Below are positions 1 to 10,245 of a DNA stretch of 56,699 nucleotides, one piece after another. The stretch lies in IMG/VR virus record IMGVR_UViG_3300046000_011464, positions 1 through 56,699 of that record; one strand, 5' to 3'. Origin of the DNA: a virus (Duplodnaviria; Caudoviricetes). The notes under the pieces were generated by a model that was not told the DNA's origin, did no database searches, and saw nothing but the letters and a program-made list of their open reading frames with translations. Made by a program: the position numbers and the translations under genes. Every line of letters starts with the position of its first letter. The stretch's first letter is position 1.

Positions 1-641
1 GGGTTTAATTCAGAACGTAGTTGAGCGATAGTGGACATAGCTTCTTCAAGCTGTTCATTTTCTTCTTCTTCAACTTCATTTTCTTCTTCTTCTTCAGTAC
101 CTTCTCCAAGTTCAGCTAAAAGTTCTTCTAAACTTAGTTCATCGTCTCCAGCCATTTCTCCTTCTTCGCCTGCCATTTCTTCTTCTTCGCCTGCTTCTTC
201 TGAATTACCTAATAGATCAGCTACTACATCTCTGATGATGTCTTTTAAATCATCAACTGTAATTTCACTTACGGTATCGTCGTCTTCAGCTTCGAAAATT
301 TCGTTTTCTTCCATGTAAGGGTTGTCTAGTCCTGGCTCTACTGATCCTTCTTCTTCAGAATAACCATCTTCTTCTTCAAGACCTTCTAGTTCAGCTAGTA
401 ATTCTTCTAATGAAATTTCATCCATTTGATCTTCTGGTGCTGCACCATTTGATTTCTCAAAATTTTCTTCCATGTTTTCATCGTCTCCAGCCATTGCTGC
501 TAACTTAGTAGACATCATTTCTTGCATGCGAGGTGCGAAAGCTTCTTCAAGAGCAAGTTTAGCGTTTGCCATTGCGGTTTCTCTAATAGCTTTAGCTTCA
601 GCGATTGCTTCACTAAAGATTTTAGTGTTTTCGTTTGCCAT
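1..641 (-). CDS. Prohead core/scaffold protein (gp22-like), truncated at window edge; not in ORF track
   Basis: Open frame from ATG at 641: MANENTKIFSEAIAEAKAIRETAMANAKLALEEAFAPRMQEMM...; extremely Glu/Asp-rich, runs off the window; lies just downstream of the protease in the head module and is preceded by the late motif at 741-750. Confidence 0.7.
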   Translation of the reverse strand, partial: MANENTKIFSEAIAEAKAIRETAMANAKLALEEAFAPRMQEMMSTKLAAMAGDDENMEENFEKSNGAAPEDQMDEISLEELLAELEGLEEEDGYSEEEGSVEPGLDNPYMEENEIFEAEDDDTVSEITVDDLKDIIRDVVADLLGNSEEAGEEEEMAGEEGEMAGDDELSLEELLAELGEGTEEEEENEVEEEENEQLEEAMSTIAQLRSELN

Positions 642-760
642 AATAATTTTTTGATTGTTTTTGATTACTTATTGAGAAGTAATATAGAATTTTTCGATTA
701 TGAGGGAGATTATATTGGGATAATCTATCATTGAGATATCCATAAATATATAAGGGGGAA

Positions 761-791
761 TAAAAAATGCACTCTTTTTAGGGAGTGCATT
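761..791 (-). terminator. Rho-independent terminator
   Basis: AATGCACTC/GAGTGCATT stem followed by a T tract on the minus strand, downstream of ORF 836. Confidence 0.7.
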
Positions 792-835
792 AGTCTTTTA
801 CAATAGACTTGTAAAATCGGGAGAGTATTTTTAAT

Positions 836-1096
836 TTAGTTAAATTCAGTAGAATCTAAACTACCTCCATTCTGTTCAATGACATCTAAAGCCTCTAGTA
901 CAGCATCTGCTAAATCATCTAATGTTGCTTGTTTATATTGTGCTCCTTCAAGTGCTCTGTAAACTACGCTTCTTGGTCCTATTGGTCCATCATTAGTGTC
1001 AAGTAATGCACTTACAATTTTATCCATTGACATTCCTAAGTTTTCCTTAATTAATGCACCTTCAGCAAGGTATTTTTTAAAATCAAAATTTTCCAT
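836..1096 (-). CDS. Hypothetical protein, probable internal head protein
   Basis: Likely start is MENFDFKKYLAE (ATG at 1096), which avoids overlap with the protease; N-terminal ...L-x-E tag. Confidence 0.6.
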   Translation of the reverse strand: MENFDFKKYLAEGALIKENLGMSMDKIVSALLDTNDGPIGPRSVVYRALEGAQYKQATLDDLADAVLEALDVIEQNGGSLDSTEFN

Positions 1097-1106
1097 GTTT
1101 GTGTTT

Positions 1107-1724
1107 TTATCTAATACAACATACACCTGATTGAGAACAGATAATGTCTGATATTAGTGTGTTAATTTTTGAGTATTTATTATTGTGTTGTGGTTTGTAT
1201 CCTTCACTTAGACCTGTTGGAGTCATAAAAGCACCTTGTGTTGAAGGAGTAGAAACAAAATCCCAACATAATAGTTCGAAATCATCTTGAACTTCAACTG
1301 TACCTTCCCCTAATGGTTGAACTGAACCCATACCACGAGAAGAAATACCTACAGTAATTTTATTTAAAAATAATTCTTTTAAGATGTTACCTGAAGGTGT
1401 TGGTAATACTTCTACTTTACCCATCAAATCATCTCCGTTCCACCATAATTTTTTGATGTTATGAGATACATTTTTTAAATTAATTACCATTGATTCTGGG
1501 TGATCTAATTCACCTAATGCTCTATTTTCAGATACAGGACCGTCAATGTATCTTTCAACTTCACGTTCTAAAATAGTTTTAGGGTAAACTCTACCGTTTT
1601 GATTTTTAGCATCTGCTCTTTGAATAACACCTTCAACTATTAAGTTTCTATCACCTTTACCCTCAGTTAATACTGTGGATTTAGGTGTGAATAAAGCGTA
1701 TTCTATTAATAATGATTTGCTCAT
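1107..1724 (-). CDS. gp21: Prohead core protein protease (T4 gp21-like)
   Basis: Motifs KNQNGRVYP, ALGELDHP, VGISSRGMGS, WDFVSTPS. Confidence 0.93.
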   Translation of the reverse strand: MSKSLLIEYALFTPKSTVLTEGKGDRNLIVEGVIQRADAKNQNGRVYPKTILEREVERYIDGPVSENRALGELDHPESMVINLKNVSHNIKKLWWNGDDLMGKVEVLPTPSGNILKELFLNKITVGISSRGMGSVQPLGEGTVEVQDDFELLCWDFVSTPSTQGAFMTPTGLSEGYKPQHNNKYSKINTLISDIICSQSGVCCIR

Positions 1725-3382
1725 TATACTTGAGTTTTTGTTAAAATTACACCTTTAGTTTTAGCTGCTCTTTCTATATTTGAAGCTTCAGTTGAATCTT
1801 TAGCATATTGAGTATTACCAGCTTTATCTTTTAAAGCAATAGCTTCTTCCATTTCACCTTCTTCATTACCTACTGCTAAAGCGCTATCTAAATAATCTTT
1901 AGATCCTGCTAAATAATTTTTAGCTAAAACAATTTTTGCTTGCCACCAATGAGGAAAATCTACTTCACCCATATTATCTACAGCATCAATCATTTTATAT
2001 AATTCAGTAGCTTGTTTAGCAATTTGATATAACTCACCTTTAATCATACGTGGTTCGTTATCTTGATGACCTAAATCTAGATCTTCGTTAGTAGCTTGTT
2101 TTATAACTTTATCACGAGAACCTTTATATTCTTCTTCAGATGATTCTATTTCACCATCACCATCATAGTCTTTTTTAGCTTTTTTTTTAGCTTTAGCTTC
2201 AGCAACCATATTTAATAAATTTTCAAAAGCTATACCTGTTGATTCAGCATATTTTCTTATTACTGCTTCTTGATCTTCAGTCATTGGGAATGGGTTGTAA
2301 GATTCTTTTAACATCTCAATTTTCCAATTTTTTCCGTATCCAGTACTTTTTTCTAATTTACCTGATTTTTTGTCTCTGTACACAAAATCTCCTTTACCTA
2401 AGTCTTTTTCTATAGTACCAAAGTATTCTTTACCATCATTCTTATTAGTAAGTTTTACTTTTTTACCAATAATATTTTCTTTAATCTTACCTTGAGTACG
2501 TGGGTTTACATCAGCTACTTTACCAGCATATTGACCATGTTCATCTAGCCCCTTATCAGCAATATAGTTTTTAAAATCTTCAACATAGTCGTCTACGTCT
2601 TTAAATTTATCACCTGATTTTTCTAATGAGGTTAAGTATTGTCTAATTTCAGATTCACTACCCACATCATCAAGTGCATTTAATATTGCTCCTCTTGAAA
2701 CAAATCCTCCTTCAAATACTTCTTTAAATTGCTGATCAGCATTAACTACACTAGCTATATCTTGATTTATCATATAACCACCATCAGCAGTTACAAATGA
2801 TCTAGGATCATCTTTCATATGAAACCTAACATTTCTATAAATCTTACCATTTTTAAGTTTTACATTTTTAGGATCTTGTGAATATGCTACACCTTCTCTA
2901 ATTACATTTTTTTTACCTTTACCAATAGCATCCATTGATTTTTTATTAATTTCAACAGTTTTATCACCATCAAATTTAACTCTACCATACAATTTTTCAG
3001 TATAGTATGAAGGATTTTTAGTAAGATTAGCTAGTACTTTTTTCTGTGCTTTAAGTACATTACCTTCATCTAAATCTCCATCTGTTGCTGGTATATCTAT
3101 AATTCCCAATTCATAATCCATACCATTAGCATACTCATATGGGTTAACCATATCAATAGTTTTAGATATAATTTCAACATCTTGTTTTCCTGTAGACTGT
3201 TTAGCTTCTTTATGAGCTTTTTCTGAGATGATAGATTTGTTTTTAAGGATCTTAACTACATCATCAAATGAGTTGGTAGGGGAGATCATAGTAAGGTTTT
3301 GATCTCTACGAGCCTCGTAAAGAAATTTTTGTTTGGTTACCTTACCATCTAAGTATTGAGTGTATAAATCTTGTATTGTCAT
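1724..3382 (-). CDS. Hypothetical modular acidic head-associated protein
   Basis: 552-aa ORF between portal and protease, late motif upstream, many (I/L/M)-x-E junctions. Confidence 0.65.
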   Translation of the reverse strand: MTIQDLYTQYLDGKVTKQKFLYEARRDQNLTMISPTNSFDDVVKILKNKSIISEKAHKEAKQSTGKQDVEIISKTIDMVNPYEYANGMDYELGIIDIPATDGDLDEGNVLKAQKKVLANLTKNPSYYTEKLYGRVKFDGDKTVEINKKSMDAIGKGKKNVIREGVAYSQDPKNVKLKNGKIYRNVRFHMKDDPRSFVTADGGYMINQDIASVVNADQQFKEVFEGGFVSRGAILNALDDVGSESEIRQYLTSLEKSGDKFKDVDDYVEDFKNYIADKGLDEHGQYAGKVADVNPRTQGKIKENIIGKKVKLTNKNDGKEYFGTIEKDLGKGDFVYRDKKSGKLEKSTGYGKNWKIEMLKESYNPFPMTEDQEAVIRKYAESTGIAFENLLNMVAEAKAKKKAKKDYDGDGEIESSEEEYKGSRDKVIKQATNEDLDLGHQDNEPRMIKGELYQIAKQATELYKMIDAVDNMGEVDFPHWWQAKIVLAKNYLAGSKDYLDSALAVGNEEGEMEEAIALKDKAGNTQYAKDSTEASNIERAAKTKGVILTKTQV

Positions 3383-3395
3383 GGGTATAAATATT

Positions 3396-3545
3396 TTATT
3401 TACCTTGTCCTCTGTTTAGTTTTTTATAGTTTTTAGAACTTTTTAATTTAGATGTTTTTGCTTTAGAGTGAACACCTGGTCTAGAAACTTTTGGTTTGTC
3501 TATTTTAGCTGTAGTAGAACTAACCTTTGCTTTTGCTGCTGCCAT
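3396..3545 (-). CDS. Small basic protein (49 aa), not in ORF track
   Basis: MAAAKAKVSSTTAKIDKPKVSRPGVHSKAKTSKLKSSKNYKKLNRGQGK*; TAATG overlap with the upstream gene; fills the gap exactly. Confidence 0.7.
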   Translation of the reverse strand: MAAAKAKVSSTTAKIDKPKVSRPGVHSKAKTSKLKSSKNYKKLNRGQGK

Positions 3546-4228
3546 TACTCAGTTAAATCTTTAATTTTATTATTAATATCTTGGATCTTTTCATTTATTT
3601 TAAACAATGAATTATGAGTACGTTTTAGGTAGTTCATTTGATCAGCATCACCTTTTAATTCAGTTTTCATTCTAGTAGCAAATTCAACTAATTTATTAAT
3701 TTCATCTAATTTATGTTGAATCTGTTTAACACCCATATGCAATTGCTCTTGTGGTGTTCTATTTTTAGATTGTGATTTGAATTGAGAATAACGTACTTCA
3801 TTAAGTGGTTCTTCTTTCTTTTTAGAAGATTTTGTTGGGTCAACTATTTTAAATTTCACTAGTTCAAAATATTTATCTGGGTTAGGTAAATCTTCGTGTC
3901 CTGGTTTAGAGGTCTCGTTTTGTTTTTTAGGTTTTTTGAATGCTTTTGGAGTAGCGTATCCTATTCTTTCTTCAAGATGTTGCCCTTTCCACAAATCCTT
4001 AGCATCAATTCTTTCATTGGGTTTTACAATTCTAAATCCCATTTTTCTATAAACATCACCTGATTTAGGCATTTTTTCAAATCCTGCAGGAGCATTTTTA
4101 TCTTGAGAAGTAGATTTTCTAACAAAAGCTTTAGTTAAATATCCACCAGCACCACCAGTTGCTGAAGTTTCATCGAGAAGTTCAGCTAGATATTTTAGGA
4201 CTAATTCTCTTAGTTTATCTTTATCCAT
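3545..4228 (-). CDS. Hypothetical head-module protein
   Basis: 227-aa ORF, translationally coupled to neighbours, C-terminal coiled coil. Confidence 0.65.
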   Translation of the reverse strand: MDKDKLRELVLKYLAELLDETSATGGAGGYLTKAFVRKSTSQDKNAPAGFEKMPKSGDVYRKMGFRIVKPNERIDAKDLWKGQHLEERIGYATPKAFKKPKKQNETSKPGHEDLPNPDKYFELVKFKIVDPTKSSKKKEEPLNEVRYSQFKSQSKNRTPQEQLHMGVKQIQHKLDEINKLVEFATRMKTELKGDADQMNYLKRTHNSLFKINEKIQDINNKIKDLTE

Positions 4229-5075
4229 TATGAATTTTAGTTAGCTCACTATGTAATTCTTGATATTGTAATAATGCAACTATATTATCGTCTTTTATTG
4301 TTTTAGCTTCTAAAATAGGGTTAATAAGATTTATTGTCTCATTCACTTTAATTTTAATTGTAGCGTCCTCTATTGTAGGTAATAATTTTAAAAGAGATTC
4401 TTTTAGGTATGTGAATTTAGTATCCACGTATTTTTTCAGGTTAGTCGTGTTAGTAATATTATTAATGTATTCTTTTAACACATCTTTTTGATCATCAGAT
4501 AATGTATTAAATCTATCATTAAATTTTTCTAGCATAATTTTGTAAACTAACGCACGAGTTCCTTTATCTAAAGTTTCAAACTCACTTACTGTAGGTTGTG
4601 GAACAGATATAGCATTAGTTTGAGCTATATGTTCTAAGATATTAATTTTTGAGGATAAAATATCGTCTAGATTTTTTGTGGGTGTTAAATTAGCTTCTAA
4701 TAAAGTGTATGTTGAAGATAATAATTTGTAGTTACTAATTTTAGCTTTAAAAAAATCTTCAATATCGAAATTGGATTTAATTTCTTTAATTAAATTATAT
4801 TTCTCTTTAGCTAATTTAGTTCTATCTAAAGTTTTATTTACTTCTAGAATTGTAGAAAGAATTGACTCAGCTTGAGCCTCACTAATATTCTGGGATTTTG
4901 ATATCGATTGGTATAATTTGTTTTCTCTTGATAATTCAGTATTAACAAAATACTTCTTAATCAAAGATACCGCCTTAGAATCGTGACTGGACATTGTATC
5001 AGCTGTAATTTTTCTTACAAGTAATTCAAATAGTATTCCAGTATTACGGAATTTGTTATGCTTTATATTAGCCAT
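4221..5075 (-). CDS. Hypothetical helical protein next to portal
   Basis: 284-aa ORF, late motif at 5103. Confidence 0.7.
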   Translation of the reverse strand: MANIKHNKFRNTGILFELLVRKITADTMSSHDSKAVSLIKKYFVNTELSRENKLYQSISKSQNISEAQAESILSTILEVNKTLDRTKLAKEKYNLIKEIKSNFDIEDFFKAKISNYKLLSSTYTLLEANLTPTKNLDDILSSKINILEHIAQTNAISVPQPTVSEFETLDKGTRALVYKIMLEKFNDRFNTLSDDQKDVLKEYINNITNTTNLKKYVDTKFTYLKESLLKLLPTIEDATIKIKVNETINLINPILEAKTIKDDNIVALLQYQELHSELTKIHNG

Positions 5076-5116
5076 TTATTCAAAATATAGTTAACTACTA
5101 GTTATAAATATTAATT

Positions 5117-7042
5117 TTATTTATCTTCTTTTAAGAGGTTGTCTTCGTTTAATAAATCACTTTCTTCAAACAAACTTACCTTCTGTTTAGGAAACATATT
5201 TTTCAAATTACTTGAGATTTGGTGATAAACTGCTTGTGTTGATAAATTTTCTAAGGATAATGAAGAGGCTTGTCTTGCTGATGGTTTAAAACCATTAGGT
5301 TCATCTCCATTTTTCATTCCATCTCTACCTAATCTATCTTTACCAAATGGATTTTCTTGTGTATTGATATTTGATGCTTTTTCTTTAGGACGACCTAATA
5401 CTTGATCAGGATAGGTATCACCATCTTCATTATACCCTGTTGGTACACCTTCAGTACCTGGGTATCTACCTGGCCCATAAAGTGTAGCTAAAGTGTGTGG
5501 TGTACCATAAGCTTCACCTGTTTTACTTGGATCATTACCTTCTGTTTCAATTTGATCTAATCTAAATTTACGTTTAGCATCTTCAATCATTAAATCTCTA
5601 TATTCATCGTATTGATCTTCACTAAAGTGGAAAATATTATCATAAACCCAATCAGTAGGTACAATTTTATTTTGAATCAATTCAGTAGCTAATGCAGATT
5701 TCTCTTTCATCAATGCTACTTTTTCTTGTTCGTATATGATTGAAGGAACAGTTAATGATAAATCAAAATTTGTTAATGATTCTCCATCATACCCTTGTGA
5801 ATACAAGTGAACTAAAGCAATTTTTGTTAATTCAGATACTAAAATTCTTTGGATTCTTTCTACTGTACGAGCAAAACGAATATCTTCAGCAGCTAAGGTA
5901 GCTTTACCTGTTAAATCTTTTTCATACCCAAAATATGCTTTTGGTACTTTTAAAGCAGCAAATAATTTATCTCTTAAATAAGTAACATCCTCAATAGCTG
6001 TATAATCTAATCCTTTTGTAGTTTCAATTCTAGTTGTTGCATCACCACCTCTTACAGGAATATAAAAATCCTCAAGAATGTTTTGCATATTGTATTTTAA
6101 ATTATACTCACCTGTACTTGGATCCATGTAAGGTGTTTTCTTCATTTTATTAATAGTACGTTGCATGAAGTTTTCTACTTCATTTGGTGGAATATTACCA
6201 ACGTTAATAAAAAAAGTACGTTTTTCAGGTGCTCTTACAATACGATGTATCAACATCGCATCTTCCATTAAAGTTAATTGTTTAAATATTTTACGAGCAG
6301 GTTCAATATAACTTCTACCATAAGGTAAAAAGTTAAAATCAGATAATAATCTAAAGTGGGCCATTTCGTAATTATCAAATACTATACCCTCACTTTGGTT
6401 ACGAGTATAACCAGAAACCGTTTGTGGTCCCATTGTAGATTGTTGAGAAGAGAAAGTAGGATCGTATTTGAATTTTACTTCTTGTGGTTTTTCAGGGTTT
6501 CTACCTTCTAATCTTAAAATTGAGTAAGAAGAGAATGGTATTACATTATAAACACCAAATTTTTCTGATATTTCTAATTTAAGATAGAAATCACCATACT
6601 TACACATGTTACGAGTCCATGACCATAGATTAAATTCTATGTTTAATACATCATAAAATAAATTATATAGAATTTTTTGAATAGTTTCATCAGAAGAACG
6701 TATTTGTAATACTTCTCCCATGTCATTTCTCAAACAAGTCTCATCAGCTAAAATATCTAATGTAGAAGCAATAATTGAATCACTATCCATTAACTCATAG
6801 TCAGTATATAACTGGATACGTGTAGTAGGATATGATAAATCGTTATTAAAATTAAAGTTTAGCCCACCTGTTGTAGTGTATACTTTATTGTATCTATCAA
6901 AAAGTGAGTTTGTTTGAATAGTACCAAGTTGTTGGATACGATCTGTATCCATTACTTTTAATTGATTACCTCCAACGTTTCTTATTATAACGTCAGTTGA
7001 AAACAATCGTTGTAATCTACCAAAAAATGAAGTATCTACCAT
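5117..7042 (-). CDS. gp20: Portal protein (T4 gp20-like)
   Basis: QLTLMEDAMLIHRIVRAPEKRTFFINVGN, EDFYIPVRGG, YLRDKLFAALKVP, EDIRFARTVERIQ. Confidence 0.93.
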   Translation of the reverse strand: MVDTSFFGRLQRLFSTDVIIRNVGGNQLKVMDTDRIQQLGTIQTNSLFDRYNKVYTTTGGLNFNFNNDLSYPTTRIQLYTDYELMDSDSIIASTLDILADETCLRNDMGEVLQIRSSDETIQKILYNLFYDVLNIEFNLWSWTRNMCKYGDFYLKLEISEKFGVYNVIPFSSYSILRLEGRNPEKPQEVKFKYDPTFSSQQSTMGPQTVSGYTRNQSEGIVFDNYEMAHFRLLSDFNFLPYGRSYIEPARKIFKQLTLMEDAMLIHRIVRAPEKRTFFINVGNIPPNEVENFMQRTINKMKKTPYMDPSTGEYNLKYNMQNILEDFYIPVRGGDATTRIETTKGLDYTAIEDVTYLRDKLFAALKVPKAYFGYEKDLTGKATLAAEDIRFARTVERIQRILVSELTKIALVHLYSQGYDGESLTNFDLSLTVPSIIYEQEKVALMKEKSALATELIQNKIVPTDWVYDNIFHFSEDQYDEYRDLMIEDAKRKFRLDQIETEGNDPSKTGEAYGTPHTLATLYGPGRYPGTEGVPTGYNEDGDTYPDQVLGRPKEKASNINTQENPFGKDRLGRDGMKNGDEPNGFKPSARQASSLSLENLSTQAVYHQISSNLKNMFPKQKVSLFEESDLLNEDNLLKEDK

Positions 7043-7074
7043 AAAATTCTATTATATATTATAAATATTTAAAA

Positions 7075-8676
7075 TTAACCGAGAAGCCAATTTAAGTCCT
7101 CGGTCCCACCTTTACCATCATCCATTTTATATGGGTTATCATTTTGATGGCTATATGAAAATATTCCAGGTGATTGGTGGTTAGAAACACCAAAACTACC
7201 TAAAGTAGCTCTAGTTAAATCTAAACCTTGTTGTCTGAAACGTAATGCTGTATCTCTCAGGAATAAACCAATAGAAAACGACATTACCAAGTCATCGTTA
7301 TACCCTGATTGGGATTGAGCTTTACCGTTCTTCCAAACGAATACTCTTAATTCATCCATCAATCTACGAGATTGAAAAACAACTGACCTTTCTTGAAGGT
7401 ACGAAACTAATTTTGAAACACAAAGTGGTCTTGTCTTCATTGAAGTAGTAAAACCTGGTAGCATACCTTGACCGTTTTCCATTCTTGCTAATTGATTTTC
7501 ATTAGCACCCATTGTGGTATCGGCTTTAGAAGAGTAATATAAATTTCTATAACCTCTATCTATTAATTGTTCAATTACACTCCACCCAATATTAGCGTTT
7601 TCTACTACTAATAAAGCATCATTGTATTCTGTTGCTATTGAAAATAATATATGAGCGTAATCTTTGGTTTGGCATTGTGATTTAAATTCAGCTACTTGTT
7701 TAGCTTCAGCTACATCAAAAATATGAAACGCAGAGTAGTCAGCTCCATCTCCACGAGCAACGTCAGCTACTACCATATATGATTTAGAGTAATCAGGTAG
7801 CTCCCAAACCCATAAATCACCACCAGGTCCTCTTCTTTCAATTGGATCTGAAATGTAAGTTGATTCATAGAAATTAAGTAAATCTGGTTCAATAACAGTA
7901 TCTCCTGAGGTACTGAAATCACAATCACATTCTTGTGCTGCGTGTCTTAATCCTAGAATTTCGTCTTGATCATCTCTCCATGTTTGATCTCGTTCAGGGT
8001 GAACGGTCCAAGGTAATTTTAATGGAACAAATTTGTTTTCTTTAGCTTGTGCTTTAGTAAAGGATCTGTGAAACCAGTTACCTGTACCATAAGGGGTAGA
8101 TAATGCTAAACATTGACCCCCAGTAGCTAAAGTTTGTTGTGCTGAAGCGAAAATTTCATCAATTCCTTCAATAAAAGCAGCCTCATCAATAATAAGAAAA
8201 GAAACGGCTTCTGAACGACCCGCATCCGCTGTAGCACCAACTGCTTTAATTTGTGAACCATTAGTTAATTTAAGTGATAACTTATTATTTTCTGATGGTT
8301 TATCACCTGTTTTTAACCATTTAGGTAAATTATCGTAGGCAAAACGTACTTTAGTTACCATGTTTTTAGCAGTTTCTTGTTTAGTTGCTATACACAGTAC
8401 GTTTTTATCTTTATTAAATAACATTAACCACAAAGAATAAGCTGAGGCTAATGTTGATATACCTAATTGGCGGGATTTATTGATAATGGTATACTCATTC
8501 TTTTGAAGTTGATGTAATACTTTTTCTTGAAATGGGAATAAGTTAAATTGGATTCTACCTCTTTGTGGGTGTTGAATCCAATAATATTTTTTCATGAAGT
8601 ACACAGGATCTTGAGCACATCTTACCCATTCCTGTTTTATCATTTCTTTTAAGGGAATTGCTTGTTGTTCACTCAT
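7075..8676 (-). CDS. terL: Terminase large subunit (T4 gp17-like)
   Basis: Walker A KSRQLGIST, Walker B LIIDEAAF, coupling motif STPYG, nuclease ADVARGDGADYS and GYNDDLVMS. Confidence 0.96.
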   Translation of the reverse strand: MSEQQAIPLKEMIKQEWVRCAQDPVYFMKKYYWIQHPQRGRIQFNLFPFQEKVLHQLQKNEYTIINKSRQLGISTLASAYSLWLMLFNKDKNVLCIATKQETAKNMVTKVRFAYDNLPKWLKTGDKPSENNKLSLKLTNGSQIKAVGATADAGRSEAVSFLIIDEAAFIEGIDEIFASAQQTLATGGQCLALSTPYGTGNWFHRSFTKAQAKENKFVPLKLPWTVHPERDQTWRDDQDEILGLRHAAQECDCDFSTSGDTVIEPDLLNFYESTYISDPIERRGPGGDLWVWELPDYSKSYMVVADVARGDGADYSAFHIFDVAEAKQVAEFKSQCQTKDYAHILFSIATEYNDALLVVENANIGWSVIEQLIDRGYRNLYYSSKADTTMGANENQLARMENGQGMLPGFTTSMKTRPLCVSKLVSYLQERSVVFQSRRLMDELRVFVWKNGKAQSQSGYNDDLVMSFSIGLFLRDTALRFRQQGLDLTRATLGSFGVSNHQSPGIFSYSHQNDNPYKMDDGKGGTEDLNWLLG

Positions 8677-8708
8677 TGGATGTGTTTCTATATAAATATA
8701 TAGAAGAG

Positions 8709-8736
8709 AAAAAAGCCTAACATTTTAAGTTAGGCT
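8709..8736 (-). terminator. Rho-independent terminator
   Basis: AGCCTAAC/GTTAGGCT stem plus T tract on the minus strand. Confidence 0.7.
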
Positions 8737-8760
8737 AATTTAAATTTATTAATTTTTTAA

Positions 8761-9642
8761 TTATACTTCTTCGCCACCCATCAAATCAGCAGCACTTAAT
8801 GATTTTGGTGCTTTGAATACTTTAGCTTCTAGTGATTTTTTCTCGGCAGTTAAAGCTCTTAATTGAGCTACAATAGCAGCTTCTTTATCAGTACCTTTAG
8901 CTGCTTGATAAGCAGGAATTAAAGCTTTCATTTCTTTAGTTATTTGAGCTAATTTTTCAGCAGCAGTACCTAATCTTTTACTACCTTTAGCAGCAGCAAT
9001 AGCTTGTTTTTCAGCAGCCATTTCTTCTTCATCTTCACCATCAATAAATGATGTAGCAACTGGTTTTTCACCTACAGTAGGATCAGTAATTCTTAATTTT
9101 GGTGATTTTTCTTTAGCTGGTTTTTCTGCTTTTACTTTTGGTTCAGCAGCTGGTTTATTTGGGTCTGCTTTTCTACCTCTTTGTCCTAATTCTCTTTCAC
9201 CTTTAGTTAAAGCAATAAATTTATTAAGTTGATTATCAAATAAATCTTCACCATCTAAAGCATTAATTACAGCTGCATCTCCTTTAATTGCTTTTTTGAG
9301 TGCAAGACCTTGCAGTTCAGGATTAGCAGTTATTACAGATTCAATTGAAGATTTTAAATCACCAGCAATTTTAGCCATTTCGTCTAATTGACTTTCATTG
9401 ACCTCAACTGCTTTCTCATTCCCATTTTCACCATCATAGTACCCATCAGTGTAACCATCACCATACCCTTTCATATATTCTGGTGAGTTATTTTCGTCTA
9501 ATGATTCCCCCTCATCAATGAAGTCACTATCATTATAGTAATCTTGCATTTCATCTTCACTTTCAAACCCTTGTTCTTGGTATCCTTCGCTTAATAAAAG
9601 GCTTTTTGCTTTCTTTAAATCAAAATCGATATTAAAATTCAT
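8761..9642 (-). CDS. Hypothetical acidic/Ala-Lys-rich protein, probable internal head protein
   Basis: N-terminal FDLKKAKSLLLSE, own late motif and terminator. Confidence 0.6.
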   Translation of the reverse strand: MNFNIDFDLKKAKSLLLSEGYQEQGFESEDEMQDYYNDSDFIDEGESLDENNSPEYMKGYGDGYTDGYYDGENGNEKAVEVNESQLDEMAKIAGDLKSSIESVITANPELQGLALKKAIKGDAAVINALDGEDLFDNQLNKFIALTKGERELGQRGRKADPNKPAAEPKVKAEKPAKEKSPKLRITDPTVGEKPVATSFIDGEDEEEMAAEKQAIAAAKGSKRLGTAAEKLAQITKEMKALIPAYQAAKGTDKEAAIVAQLRALTAEKKSLEAKVFKAPKSLSAADLMGGEEV

Positions 9643-9681
9643 TTGTTTATTATTTTTTAGATTAGTATTTTGATATAAATA

Positions 9682-10215
9682 TTACAAAGAAATAACTTCT
9701 AGTATTTGATTAATTCTATCTTCAGTTGTACCTGATATCATAGTGAATTTTTTCATTCTATGATTATATAATTGACAAAATCCTTTAATAGTAAAATCTA
9801 TTAAATCTCTATATTCAGCATTAGTTTCTCGTACACCATTGTTCTCTATTTCTATCCCTTCAGGAGAAACATAAAAAATGTAATCATACTCATTAATAAA
9901 ATTACGAGCATATTCTTCAAATGAAGTTTTATCAGCTTGATTTATTGATTTAGCATTCAGAGTAAATGCCATTACATCAATAACTGTTCTATCAGTAATT
10001 AAGTTTTCATGCATTAATTCACTTACTCGTTCAGCTAAAAATACTGTTTGGCCCTTTAATGTAGAATCAGTATTCAATGGAATACCTAAATCTCTTAAAT
10101 ACTTGCTACGCTCAGTAGCAAATTTATAATCTTTGAATTGTGATAATTCTTTTAAAGCATTAACTAAAGTAGTTTTGCCTACAGAGACAGTCCCTGTTAA
10201 TCCAATACGAGCCAT
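9682..10215 (-). CDS. P-loop kinase, NadR/AAA_28-like
   Basis: RIGLTGTVSVGKTT Walker A, LITDRTVID, YDYIFYV, ENNGVRE. Confidence 0.75.
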   Translation of the reverse strand: MARIGLTGTVSVGKTTLVNALKELSQFKDYKFATERSKYLRDLGIPLNTDSTLKGQTVFLAERVSELMHENLITDRTVIDVMAFTLNAKSINQADKTSFEEYARNFINEYDYIFYVSPEGIEIENNGVRETNAEYRDLIDFTIKGFCQLYNHRMKKFTMISGTTEDRINQILEVISL

Positions 10216-10245
10216 ATTTTATTTTTTAAAATTGTATTAATATTA

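Noticed and set aside
31-734. + strand ORFs 31-318, 472-654 and 522-734 (and other + strand ORFs such as 10570, 16420, 20062, 22105, 30357, 38256, 49022, 50386, 50948)
   Set aside because: Antisense shadows of minus-strand genes; the Ser/Phe-rich composition mirrors Glu/Lys codons
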